A stretch of DNA of 64,000 nt, taken from positions 1 through 64,000 of the IMG/VR virus record IMGVR_UViG_3300018962_000001. One strand, given 5' to 3'. Each line of letters begins with the position of its first letter. Position 1 is the stretch's first letter. Below, one piece after another: positions 27,676 to 36,148 of the stretch. The translations under genes were made by a program, and so were the position numbers. The notes under the pieces are model-generated. The model was not told the origin of the DNA. It worked only from the letters and a program-made list of their open reading frames with translations, and ran no database searches.

Positions 27676-28431
27676 ATGAATACGTATAAGGAGGCGAGTT
27701 CTATGCTGAAGATAAGATGGCGTGCGTGGGCGGGGATTATGGCCCTAGTGGTGCTAATCCTGACCGGCTGTGGATCAGTGGTGCAACCAAATGCGGAGGC
27801 CGCGATTGAAGCTGCTCCAGCGATCGGCAAAGAAAACTTCTTGGAGCGACAAATGATCAATCGCATCGAGTGGATCACGGACCAGCCAGGCGGGATCTAC
27901 TTCGTGTATTTTCTCGGACCGGATGGGGTATCCCCGCTCCAACTGGCCTGTATTGGTCGCCCAACCTCATCCACCGAGTCGCTGGAACCCAACGATGCGC
28001 AGTACGCCTATAAACACAGCGATGGCGATTATACGTTTAGGCCGTTTCTTTTCCCGCTCGGCGAGAATGCTGACGGGGTGGAAGTCATGGCTGGAACAAC
28101 GGAGCAAGCTGGTCGGGACGGGACCTATGGCGAACCCGTGGACTTCCGACAATGTGCAACGCCCACCAACGGTTATCGTGACTTTCCGGCAGGACAGGGA
28201 GCCTATCTGCCGATTGTCAGTAATGAACCGCTGAGCTTTAACAACGGTATTCAGGAGATCAACCGCGAGATGCTGGCAAAACAGCTGATCGCCGAGAAAG
28301 CCCTAATGGACGGCAAGTGCGTGGATGCAAATCTCGATGTCACCGAGTGTCCACGTATTATCCCAACCCCGGTACCAAGCGGGAATCCCGCTCCGGCGGT
28401 CACGCCAACCACGGTACCAATCCAACCCTAA
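27676..28431 (+). CDS. predicted lipoprotein
   Basis: signal peptide with lipobox LTGC; RBS aaggagg. Confidence 0.75.
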   Translation: MNTYKEASSMLKIRWRAWAGIMALVVLILTGCGSVVQPNAEAAIEAAPAIGKENFLERQMINRIEWITDQPGGIYFVYFLGPDGVSPLQLACIGRPTSSTESLEPNDAQYAYKHSDGDYTFRPFLFPLGENADGVEVMAGTTEQAGRDGTYGEPVDFRQCATPTNGYRDFPAGQGAYLPIVSNEPLSFNNGIQEINREMLAKQLIAEKALMDGKCVDANLDVTECPRIIPTPVPSGNPAPAVTPTTVPIQP

Positions 28432-28455
28432 CCAGAGGATCGAGCAGGAGATTCT

Positions 28456-28971
28456 ATGAGCTATTATGACGACGATGATCGGGTCCGTGATCGACGCGCG
28501 TTCCGGGCCGATGTCCGCGAGGGCAGCTATTTCTTCAGCGTGTTATTGGGCTACTGGTGGATCTGGCTGCTGGTCATCATGCTGCTGGCAACGGCAACCG
28601 GCATCATCGGTACCCGGCTGAACTGGTGGGCCGACTGGCAGAACGAGCCGTATGATCGGACCGGCGTTCAGAACGTCAAGCGCGAATACAGCTGGTTCTA
28701 TGAGAATCGACGCGGCCTGGAAGCAGCAGCGTCCAGCATCCAAGGAACGGATGCTAAAATCGCCAACCTCAAAGCGGTACATGGCGACGAGGTTGCTCAG
28801 TGGCCTGCTGCTGCAAAGATCGAATTCCAGTCGCTTTCCGATGCGCAACAATCGCAGATCCAGGGCTATAACAATCTGTGCGCAAGTTATCTGGCGCGCT
28901 GGGATAACGAGTTTCATAGCAGCGTTGCGCCGCCCGATCTGCCCCGATCCTGCGAGTACGCCAAACCTTAA
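28456..28971 (+). CDS. single-pass membrane protein with coiled-coil ectodomain
   Basis: TM WWIWLLVIMLLATATGIIG; RBS aggag. Confidence 0.7.
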   Translation: MSYYDDDDRVRDRRAFRADVREGSYFFSVLLGYWWIWLLVIMLLATATGIIGTRLNWWADWQNEPYDRTGVQNVKREYSWFYENRRGLEAAASSIQGTDAKIANLKAVHGDEVAQWPAAAKIEFQSLSDAQQSQIQGYNNLCASYLARWDNEFHSSVAPPDLPRSCEYAKP

Positions 28972-28991
28972 CAACCGCGCACCGGAAGCCG

Positions 28992-29027
28992 TATCAAGGG
29001 GGAGTGATGTATCACTCCCCCTTGATA
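28992..29027. terminator. 17-bp perfect inverted repeat overlapping a -35 box
   Basis: tatcaagggggagtgat-gt-atcactcccccttgata. Confidence 0.55.
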
Positions 29028-29050
29028 TATGCACTGATATGCGCTATACT
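29022..29050 (+). promoter_or_regulatory. sigma70-like promoter
   Basis: TTGATA-17-TATACT. Confidence 0.75.
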
Positions 29051-29077
29051 GAAGGCACAAGCAGGAGATGTGTCTGT

Positions 29078-29332
29078 ATGTTTATTGAACACCCGGAGCA
29101 GCGACGATCCTTTCTGGTCTATCAGGACGAGGATGATACCTACTATCTTAACTCGTACTGGCGTGATCCCGATGCCCAGTTGACCATGCGCACGACGATC
29201 GCCTCCGGCATACCGACCCAGGAGCTTGCGGAGCAGATTTGCCACACTTGGGAATCCTATGAAGCGGCGCGCTGGAAGGCGCACACGGCCTATGTCGATG
29301 CCCAGCAGGCGACGGGCATCTATAAGCACTAA
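29078..29332 (+). CDS. hypothetical protein
   Basis: RBS aggag. Confidence 0.6.
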   Translation: MFIEHPEQRRSFLVYQDEDDTYYLNSYWRDPDAQLTMRTTIASGIPTQELAEQICHTWESYEAARWKAHTAYVDAQQATGIYKH

Positions 29333-29341
29333 GGAGAACTG

Positions 29342-29857
29342 ATGAACGAGTCACCGGCGGGACTTCATTTCATATCGATCCCTCACTGGCTCCGGGAAGG
29401 CACAGTTCTAAACAATATCCCGACCGACGAGGAGATTGCGGCGGCGGCGGCGGCGTATGTAGCAGCGGCAATGGACGTGTTTCGATCGGTTCATGCGTCA
29501 CCGGAGACCTTAATGCGTCGCCTGGATGCTCATCATGCGTTATACGCGATGATGCAACGCTGTCCCTGGGTTGGCGCGCACTACCATATCATCGGAAGCG
29601 CAAGCGGAGAACGAATCGGGTGTTTATACGACGGGGCGAACTATCGAGATGTGCTTGCCGAGGAACCAGGGGCCAGCTTTGTTCTGGTTGATCCAACGAC
29701 CTGTATCTGCCGCACTGAGAATGCCGATGAAGAAGACGAGGCGGGGCAATACGAGTGTCACGAATGTGGATCAACTTATCACCCCACCAGCGAATGCCCA
29801 AACAAGCTGCCGCCCGATCGTGAAACGATCCCTGATGAAAATGAGGACCCTCGATGA
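29342..29857 (+). CDS. hypothetical protein with C-terminal CHECG..H..C
   Basis: RBS aaggag. Confidence 0.65.
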   Translation: MNESPAGLHFISIPHWLREGTVLNNIPTDEEIAAAAAAYVAAAMDVFRSVHASPETLMRRLDAHHALYAMMQRCPWVGAHYHIIGSASGERIGCLYDGANYRDVLAEEPGASFVLVDPTTCICRTENADEEDEAGQYECHECGSTYHPTSECPNKLPPDRETIPDENEDPR

Positions 29858-30240
29858 AACAGCGTCCGATGCACTTTGATCTGGTGCGGCCCTGCGCTGA
29901 TTGCCCATTCCGCACCGACCGAACGATGTATCTTGGCCGTGCGCGTCGCACGGAGATTAGTGACAGCTTGGCTGCCCACGACCAAATGTTCGAGTGTCAC
30001 AAAACTACGGGCGTCGGCGGCAAGCGTGCCAAAGTTGGGCAGCACTGCGCGGGAGCGCTGATCATGCTTGCAAAGGCTGGACAGCTCTGGAACAATTTTC
30101 GCCTCCGGTTGGCGGCGATGAAGGGCCTGTTCGATCCGAATCGCCTGGATTGCAGTGCGCCCGTGTATCCCTCGCCGGAGGCATTTATCCACGGCGAAGA
30201 CCGGGAAAGGACGAAGGATGATGCGCCGCATACCGAGTAG
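29854..30240 (+). CDS. Cys-rich phage protein (DUF6283-like)
   Basis: PCADCPFR..FECHKTT..QHCAGAL. Confidence 0.6.
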   Translation: MKQRPMHFDLVRPCADCPFRTDRTMYLGRARRTEISDSLAAHDQMFECHKTTGVGGKRAKVGQHCAGALIMLAKAGQLWNNFRLRLAAMKGLFDPNRLDCSAPVYPSPEAFIHGEDRERTKDDAPHTE

Positions 30241-30389
30241 ATTCGAGCATCATCATACGCAGCATTTCGAACTGGCCCCGTTCATGCAGGGGTTGATGCA
30301 TGCTTCCCGGCGGCGGCGGCGGGATCTGCATAGGTATCGCCGGTTCAGTCCGCTGCGCTACGTCCGCACCCCGTACTGTTGGAGGAATC

Positions 30390-30626
30390 ATGGGCAAAAG
30401 CGGGCCGTATCTGGTCTATGATCGTCAAACGACTAAGGACGAGGCTATCGCGATCTTGACGGCTACGGAAACGACAGAACTGTATCTCTGTGCCCGCTGC
30501 GTCTATCTGGCCGCGCGTGCGATTAGCACGTGGCGGTGGCAGGTACCGCCACGCATCTATGAAATAGCACTTAAGCTGTATATGGAACACCGCGATGATC
30601 CCCCAGTCCGACATACCCAACACTGA
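30390..30626 (+). CDS. hypothetical protein
   Basis: RBS ggagg. Confidence 0.55.
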   Translation: MGKSGPYLVYDRQTTKDEAIAILTATETTELYLCARCVYLAARAISTWRWQVPPRIYEIALKLYMEHRDDPPVRHTQH

Positions 30627-30882
30627 TACCGGCACCTGGGTATGCTGGTCCCTCGAACAAGAGGAACGATTCCGTAGCAGCATGGGCATGAACGGCTATA
30701 TTCTCGCGGTCCATCTGCAAGCTAGGGACTTCGGGGGTAAGGACGACCGGACTCTCTGCGGCATTGATACCAGCGGTGCGTGGACCTTTCTCTGGCATGC
30801 GTACCCACCCGATCAGTTTATTGGATGCCTCCGCTGTATGCGATCCTACCACGCCTGGAAACGTCGCCACGAAACCCCTTGA
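30595..30882 (+). CDS. hypothetical protein (H..TLCG..C..C)
   Basis: stop codon inside the next -35 box. Confidence 0.55.
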   Translation: MIPQSDIPNTDTGTWVCWSLEQEERFRSSMGMNGYILAVHLQARDFGGKDDRTLCGIDTSGAWTFLWHAYPPDQFIGCLRCMRSYHAWKRRHETP

Positions 30883-30907
30883 CAAGCGCGCATATGTACG
30901 CTATTGT
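30879..30907 (+). promoter_or_regulatory. sigma70-like promoter
   Basis: TTGACA-17-TATTGT. Confidence 0.7.
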
Positions 30908-30931
30908 ACTGACATCGCAAAGGAAAGTATT

Positions 30932-31474
30932 ATGCGCGACCAGCTTCTTATTCCATCGAGGATCGCAACTCCTGTTCTCGGCTGGCTCATTAACGTTGCT
31001 AGTGCCTATGAGCTTGAAACAGTCGAAAAAGGAGTCCTGGCGATTGTCCATGAGTCTCTCATTCCCGAACTCCGGGCTGCCATTCGGGCGGGAACTCGCT
31101 GGATCAGGTTGTGCAAATGGACGGACGATCCAAAACTTCAATATCTGGAGCGCTGGTTTGATCGCGAGGGTATTGTTCATCGCCGGAATGGACACAGCTT
31201 TCATGCTCCTATTTTGGAGGTAGCCGTCGAAGATTACAACGATGCGTATGACTTGTTGATTGGCATTTGGGATGGCGAAGAAGATGATGAAGGGAATCCG
31301 CAGCGATTCGACGATGTGCCCGATGATGCCGATTTCTTTGAGATGACCTACCAGGGAAGCTATCTCTCCTTCGATGCCGAAAGTGACCCGGATGATACAC
31401 TATTCCAGATCAGTTACCCCATCGCCTATTCGACGCTGCATCACCGAGCGACCAACCCAGACACCACCCCTTGA
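30932..31474 (+). CDS. acidic hypothetical protein
   Basis: RBS aagga; lower GC than neighbours by eye. Confidence 0.65.
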   Translation: MRDQLLIPSRIATPVLGWLINVASAYELETVEKGVLAIVHESLIPELRAAIRAGTRWIRLCKWTDDPKLQYLERWFDREGIVHRRNGHSFHAPILEVAVEDYNDAYDLLIGIWDGEEDDEGNPQRFDDVPDDADFFEMTYQGSYLSFDAESDPDDTLFQISYPIAYSTLHHRATNPDTTP

Positions 31475-31499
31475 CTTATGCTCAGTCATGCGCTAAGAT
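31471..31499 (+). promoter_or_regulatory. sigma70-like promoter
   Basis: TTGACT-17-TAAGAT. Confidence 0.75.
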
Positions 31500-31547
31500 A
31501 GCAGCACTGAGCCGTGGTGAGGATCACCGTACCGAAAGGATTCATCC

Positions 31548-32342
31548 ATGCCGGAATACAATTTACCGCTGGCGTATCTCCGACCCGTCCCGCGATTCGT
31601 GGTTGTCGCCGAGGAGCATCGGGCAACCAATACCCACACTTCAGGGCGGGACCGCGATGGGCTGGTGCTGGCAATCAACGGCGGCCACTTCAGCAAAGGC
31701 TGGCTATCCACCGGGATCGTCTCGTTTCAAACACCGTACGGGCAAGGCACCGGCCTGGGCGTACAAGCCACCGAAGTCCGCGACGCGACCTGGGATGAGA
31801 TTCGGAACGCTATCACGAGCGATCATGATCATGGCTGGCGCTTCCGCCCCAATTGCCGGGAAGCGGCGAACGCCTCCTTTCAACTCGTGATGTCCAAGGT
31901 CGTCGGCAACTGGACCACCGATGGTCCCTATGCCGGACATACCAAACCGATCCTGCCGGTCTCAACGCACCAGATCCTCTCCGCTGGAGAGCAGGCCGCC
32001 CAGCGCCACACCCAGATCCTGGGCGCGTGGACGATGCTCGTCGAGGCCCAACGCCGCGAGATCTTCACGGCCTATGGCGAACGGCTGGTCGTGGATCGCG
32101 ACTACCGGATCAAGCTGGCGCGGGATGCCTGGTTTGACCAGGGGACGATCCTGACCGAATCGAATATGTACGAGTTTCTTAACCTGATCCCCAATCTACT
32201 TGCGCCCTTTGGCGACCAGCAGTTTACGCTTTCGGACGAGTATGCCGCCAGCTTCGGATCATACGAAACCCGCTGCGCCGAGATCTTCCGCGAGCTGGAT
32301 CTGCCGATCGAGATCGATGCGTATGGCCGGAGGCGGGGATGA
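31548..32342 (+). CDS. hypothetical protein, tandem paralogue A
   Basis: VPRFV..VSFQTPYGQ..ATWDEI. Confidence 0.7.
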   Translation: MPEYNLPLAYLRPVPRFVVVAEEHRATNTHTSGRDRDGLVLAINGGHFSKGWLSTGIVSFQTPYGQGTGLGVQATEVRDATWDEIRNAITSDHDHGWRFRPNCREAANASFQLVMSKVVGNWTTDGPYAGHTKPILPVSTHQILSAGEQAAQRHTQILGAWTMLVEAQRREIFTAYGERLVVDRDYRIKLARDAWFDQGTILTESNMYEFLNLIPNLLAPFGDQQFTLSDEYAASFGSYETRCAEIFRELDLPIEIDAYGRRRG

Positions 32343-32971
32343 TTCACGATCTGATCGCCGTGTATAGCCTCGCGGTGCCCCGGTTTGTCACTGTTGATCC
32401 GGGGGTGCTTGGTCCCCCGGATCGCGTGTATGCGATCGTGGGGGTGCGACCGGGCGGATTCTATCTCCTGGGAGAAGTGAGCTTTCAAACGCCCTTTGGT
32501 CAAAGTCCCATCGTGACCATTCCGGCCAGCGCCTGCTGCGTCGCCACCTGGACCGAGATTCAGACGGCCCTGCTCCGGGATCATTCGAGTGCTTGGAGCT
32601 ATCGCCCGGCTGCTGATCCGTGGCAAGGCACGTTGTCGCAGGCAACGTGGGAGAAGATCCTCCGTGAGTGGGCGACACTTTGCGATCGGATGCGCCGGGT
32701 CATCTATGCCCACTACCATCAGTCTTACTATCTTTCCCGCCAAGCCTTGATTCACCGCCGCCTGCGCTTTGCCCAACGCAGGCAGAACATCCCGGCACTC
32801 GAAGAATTTGCGGTCGATCTCGCCATTGCCGTTCGCCGGACGCGCGATTGGTGCTTGGATCACGATTTCCCGCTGCCCGATCCCGGTTCACCAGAACTGA
32901 GTGTTGCCATGCAGGAGATCGAGTATCTCTTTCGGTATGACTCGCAGCAATATGCGGAGACGCTCGGATGA
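32339..32971 (+). CDS. hypothetical protein, tandem paralogue B
   Basis: VPRFV..VSFQTPFGQ..ATWTEI. Confidence 0.7.
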   Translation: MIHDLIAVYSLAVPRFVTVDPGVLGPPDRVYAIVGVRPGGFYLLGEVSFQTPFGQSPIVTIPASACCVATWTEIQTALLRDHSSAWSYRPAADPWQGTLSQATWEKILREWATLCDRMRRVIYAHYHQSYYLSRQALIHRRLRFAQRRQNIPALEEFAVDLAIAVRRTRDWCLDHDFPLPDPGSPELSVAMQEIEYLFRYDSQQYAETLG

Positions 32972-33447
32972 AACAGCTCACCACCTTAATCGACGTGCAT
33001 CGTATTCTCGCGACCGAGGTGTTGGGCTGGCGCTTGGTGCGTGGGATGAATCTGCCGGGGCCGGAGCAAACGGACGAGGTGTGGGTGTACATCCACCCGC
33101 ACGATGGAGTCCTCCGAGGGCAGCCCTATCGCGTCACAACGCGAACCGGCACGACGTTTCAGGATCACTCCTGGGAACGCTGGCAGCCGCAGACCAATCC
33201 TGCGGACGCGAAGGAGGTCCTCCGGGCAATGGCCCGCCACGGATTCCTCTGTGAGATAACATATCGCGACACTGGCGATGGGCCGCCGGATGCGTGGGTG
33301 ACCTTCACCCCGCGGAAGGTCAGCTTTCCCGAAGTGTACTACCGAGGCATGGCGGACGACATCGAACCGGCGATCTGTCTGGCTGCACTCCATTGGCGCG
33401 GCTATCAGGTTGATCCGGCATTACTGCGCGCTCCGCGCGCAGACTAA
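32968..33447 (+). CDS. phage ABA-sandwich-like protein
   Basis: LATEVLGW..WQPQTNPADAKEVLRAM..PAICLAAL. Confidence 0.65.
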   Translation: MKQLTTLIDVHRILATEVLGWRLVRGMNLPGPEQTDEVWVYIHPHDGVLRGQPYRVTTRTGTTFQDHSWERWQPQTNPADAKEVLRAMARHGFLCEITYRDTGDGPPDAWVTFTPRKVSFPEVYYRGMADDIEPAICLAALHWRGYQVDPALLRAPRAD

Positions 33448-33462
33448 GCGTGGGAGGAATCT

Positions 33463-34587
33463 ATGCCCGAACAGTTAGTGGACATCGTTATCAGCTTCGA
33501 CACGACCGGATCGATGTATCCGGCGCTGACGCAGGTGCGGCGGCGGGTGCGTGAACTGGTGGAGCGGCTCTTTCGGGACATCCCCGGAATCCGTATCGGA
33601 ATCACCGCGCACGGTGACTATTGTGACGCGCGCAGCGCCTATGTGACGCGCCACCTCCATCTTTCGGATGATCCCGCGCATATCGTGCGTTTTGTGCAGG
33701 ACGTAGCGGCCACGCACGGCGGCGACTCGCCCGAATGCTACGAGCTGGTGCTCCACGAGGCCCGGAGCTTCTTGTGGCGACCGGGAGCGACGCGCGTCCT
33801 GGTCTTAATCGGGGACGACGTGCCACATGGTCCCGCGCAGAACCCTTCACGTCTTAACTGGCGCGACGAGGTAACCGCGCTCACCGATCTTGGGGTAACC
33901 GTTTATGGTGTCCAGGCGCTGGGTCGTGGCTACGCTACCTCGTTTTACCGGGAACTGGCGGAACGGTCGGGCGGGTATCATCTGACGCTCGATCAATTTG
34001 CGACCTTAACCGACTTGCTGCTGGGCATCGGCTATCGCCAGGCGGGCGCGGATCAGCTAGGCCAGTACGTCACCGAAGTGCAAACCAGTGGCCGCATGAA
34101 TCGGGAGTTGGCACGGGCCTTTGGCACGATGACGGGCGCGACGATTTCGTTTACGGAGCCGCGTGCTCGTCGTGATCGTGGCGTGTCGTTGGATGCACTG
34201 CCGGTTGATCCCGCATCCCTGGTTCCGGTCCATCCGTCGCGCTTCCAGGTGCTGGAGGTGGATCACACCACCGATATTAAGACCTTTGTGACCGATCAAG
34301 GACTGGGCTTCCGGGTGGGACGGGGCTTCTACGAGTTTACCAAGCCCGAAACGATTCAGTCTCGCAAAGAGGTCGTGCTTCAGCGCAAAGATGGATCGGG
34401 AGAAATGTTTACCGGCCCAGCGGCACGATCGCTCATCGGGTTGCCCCACGGGACCAATGCCCGCCTGCGGCCCACGGCCCTGGAGGAATATCGCGTCTTT
34501 GTGCAATCCACCTCCGCCAATCGGAAGTTGATCGGCGGCACCGGATTTCTCTACGAGGTCGAGGATTGGGATCGGAGTGCGGCATGA
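33463..34587 (+). CDS. von Willebrand factor A domain protein
   Basis: DIVISFDTTGSM (MIDAS DxTxS), GDYCD, GGDSPECYE, LIGDDVPH. Confidence 0.88.
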   Translation: MPEQLVDIVISFDTTGSMYPALTQVRRRVRELVERLFRDIPGIRIGITAHGDYCDARSAYVTRHLHLSDDPAHIVRFVQDVAATHGGDSPECYELVLHEARSFLWRPGATRVLVLIGDDVPHGPAQNPSRLNWRDEVTALTDLGVTVYGVQALGRGYATSFYRELAERSGGYHLTLDQFATLTDLLLGIGYRQAGADQLGQYVTEVQTSGRMNRELARAFGTMTGATISFTEPRARRDRGVSLDALPVDPASLVPVHPSRFQVLEVDHTTDIKTFVTDQGLGFRVGRGFYEFTKPETIQSRKEVVLQRKDGSGEMFTGPAARSLIGLPHGTNARLRPTALEEYRVFVQSTSANRKLIGGTGFLYEVEDWDRSAA

Positions 34588-35039
34588 GCAGTGGCTGGAC
34601 CCGCGGCGATCCGACTACCCTTAACGACCTGAGTCCCGGATCGCTCTTTATGACCACAGACGGAACCTGGGCCGTGAAAACCGAGTATCGGTATCCAAAC
34701 GGCCAGTGCGAATGTGCTCTCCTTGCGAGTGGTGAGTATGCTCACTTTGCAGATGGAGATGCGACGCTCGTCTGGCCGATTCAGATTCACGAGAAAGTCC
34801 CGGTCGATCCACTCTGGGAGGCGTTGGAGATCCTTCGTGTCCAGTGGACAACCGACGATCCCGGTGAACCGTACAAGTGGGAGATCACCAGCTACCCCGA
34901 TGGCTGGCGGGCCGACATCGTATGGGATCATCACGATGGCCCGATTCATTGTTGGGGCGCTCCTGGAGCAACGCCCCAGGACGCGATTCGGGAGACTCTC
35001 GCGCAGTATTCGCAGCGCCACGATCACGATGACCCTTGA
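34584..35039 (+). CDS. hypothetical protein
   Basis: ATGA overlap. Confidence 0.6.
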   Translation: MSSGWTRGDPTTLNDLSPGSLFMTTDGTWAVKTEYRYPNGQCECALLASGEYAHFADGDATLVWPIQIHEKVPVDPLWEALEILRVQWTTDDPGEPYKWEITSYPDGWRADIVWDHHDGPIHCWGAPGATPQDAIRETLAQYSQRHDHDDP

Positions 35040-35064
35040 CAAGCGCAAGATGATGCCGTAAGCT
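35036..35064 (+). promoter_or_regulatory. sigma70-like promoter
   Basis: TTGACA-17-TAAGCT. Confidence 0.75.
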
Positions 35065-35094
35065 GTCCACGTAGCAGCACAAGGAGGCAGAGAC

Positions 35095-35400
35095 ATGCAG
35101 CAGGCAGAAGGGACGACGATGGATCAAACGCTGGAGGGAGTGCTCGCGGCGCGGCAGGCAATCTTAGTCGGCCTGATCGCCCAGCGCGATGATGGAACCA
35201 AGCCGCTGGCCGAGCGGATTGCAGCGGCGCGTGATGCCTTTGGGATTCTCAAGGGAGATTATTACCAGGGGCGCGTTTCATACGAAACGGCGGCGGCGGC
35301 GGCGCGCATCCACCTGGAACTCGGCAATCAGGCCCGGACGGCACGCGGCGCGCGGCCTGTCCGCATTACCCCACTGACGATTTCGATGCAGATGCGCTAG
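35095..35400 (+). CDS. hypothetical protein
   Basis: RBS aaggagg. Confidence 0.6.
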   Translation: MQQAEGTTMDQTLEGVLAARQAILVGLIAQRDDGTKPLAERIAAARDAFGILKGDYYQGRVSYETAAAAARIHLELGNQARTARGARPVRITPLTISMQMR

Positions 35401-36148
35401 ACAGGAGCGCACGACCCGCAGCGGTCGGCGAGGGACCGAGGACGTTCCAAAACAGGACGCGCCCGGCCCCTCGTCGTTGGCGGCAGATCTGCCAGGCTTT
35501 GCGGTCGTAATTGGGGCAGGAATCAAAGGGCACCGCGATCTTCAATTCTTTCTCAAACGGCAACGCATACTCGATTACCGTGGCGCGACCGGGATCATCC
35601 ACATGCCGTCCGACCTGCACGGCATAAAAGCGGGCAGCGGGCATACCGGCTTGCAGTCCCCGCGTTAACACCCCCGATCCCGCCGCCGACCAGACCTCAT
35701 CAAACGGGCCATAGGTCTCCCAGACCTGCCGCGCCGCCCGTGCAATCGCGGCGTGCGCCCCCGCTCCGGCCCCGCCGAACTCCATATAGTGCGCGCCCTG
35801 CTCCTTGCAGTAGAGCTGGCATTTGGCCTGCACATGACTCAAGTAGCCATGTGGAACCTGGAAGATCCGCGCGCCGAGGGCTTTGGCTTCGAGCGTGCGC
35901 GGATGTGGCTCCTTGCGCTTTGCCACAAAGATCGTCGCGCGGCGGCCTGTGATCCGCGCACAGGCCGCCAGCGCCAGCTGTGCGCCGCCATACGCGGGCG
36001 AGGCATAGGCCACTTCCGCGTAGCGGGTAAACAACTGGATGAGATACCGCCCTTTGGTTCCCCCCGGCAGGCGATCGTCGCGAACCACGGCAATGCCCTG
36101 ATGATCCTCGACGATCGGCACGGTCTCATAGATCGCAGCAGTGGTCAT
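35366..36148 (-). CDS. PLP-dependent enzyme, fold type II (ACC deaminase/cysteine synthase-like)
   Basis: VRDDRLPGGTKGR (candidate Schiff-base Lys), AAGSGVLTRG phosphate loop; ATGA-coupled to the MTase. Confidence 0.8.
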   Translation of the reverse strand: MTTAAIYETVPIVEDHQGIAVVRDDRLPGGTKGRYLIQLFTRYAEVAYASPAYGGAQLALAACARITGRRATIFVAKRKEPHPRTLEAKALGARIFQVPHGYLSHVQAKCQLYCKEQGAHYMEFGGAGAGAHAAIARAARQVWETYGPFDEVWSAAGSGVLTRGLQAGMPAARFYAVQVGRHVDDPGRATVIEYALPFEKELKIAVPFDSCPNYDRKAWQICRQRRGAGRVLFWNVLGPSPTAAGRALLSSASASKSSVG

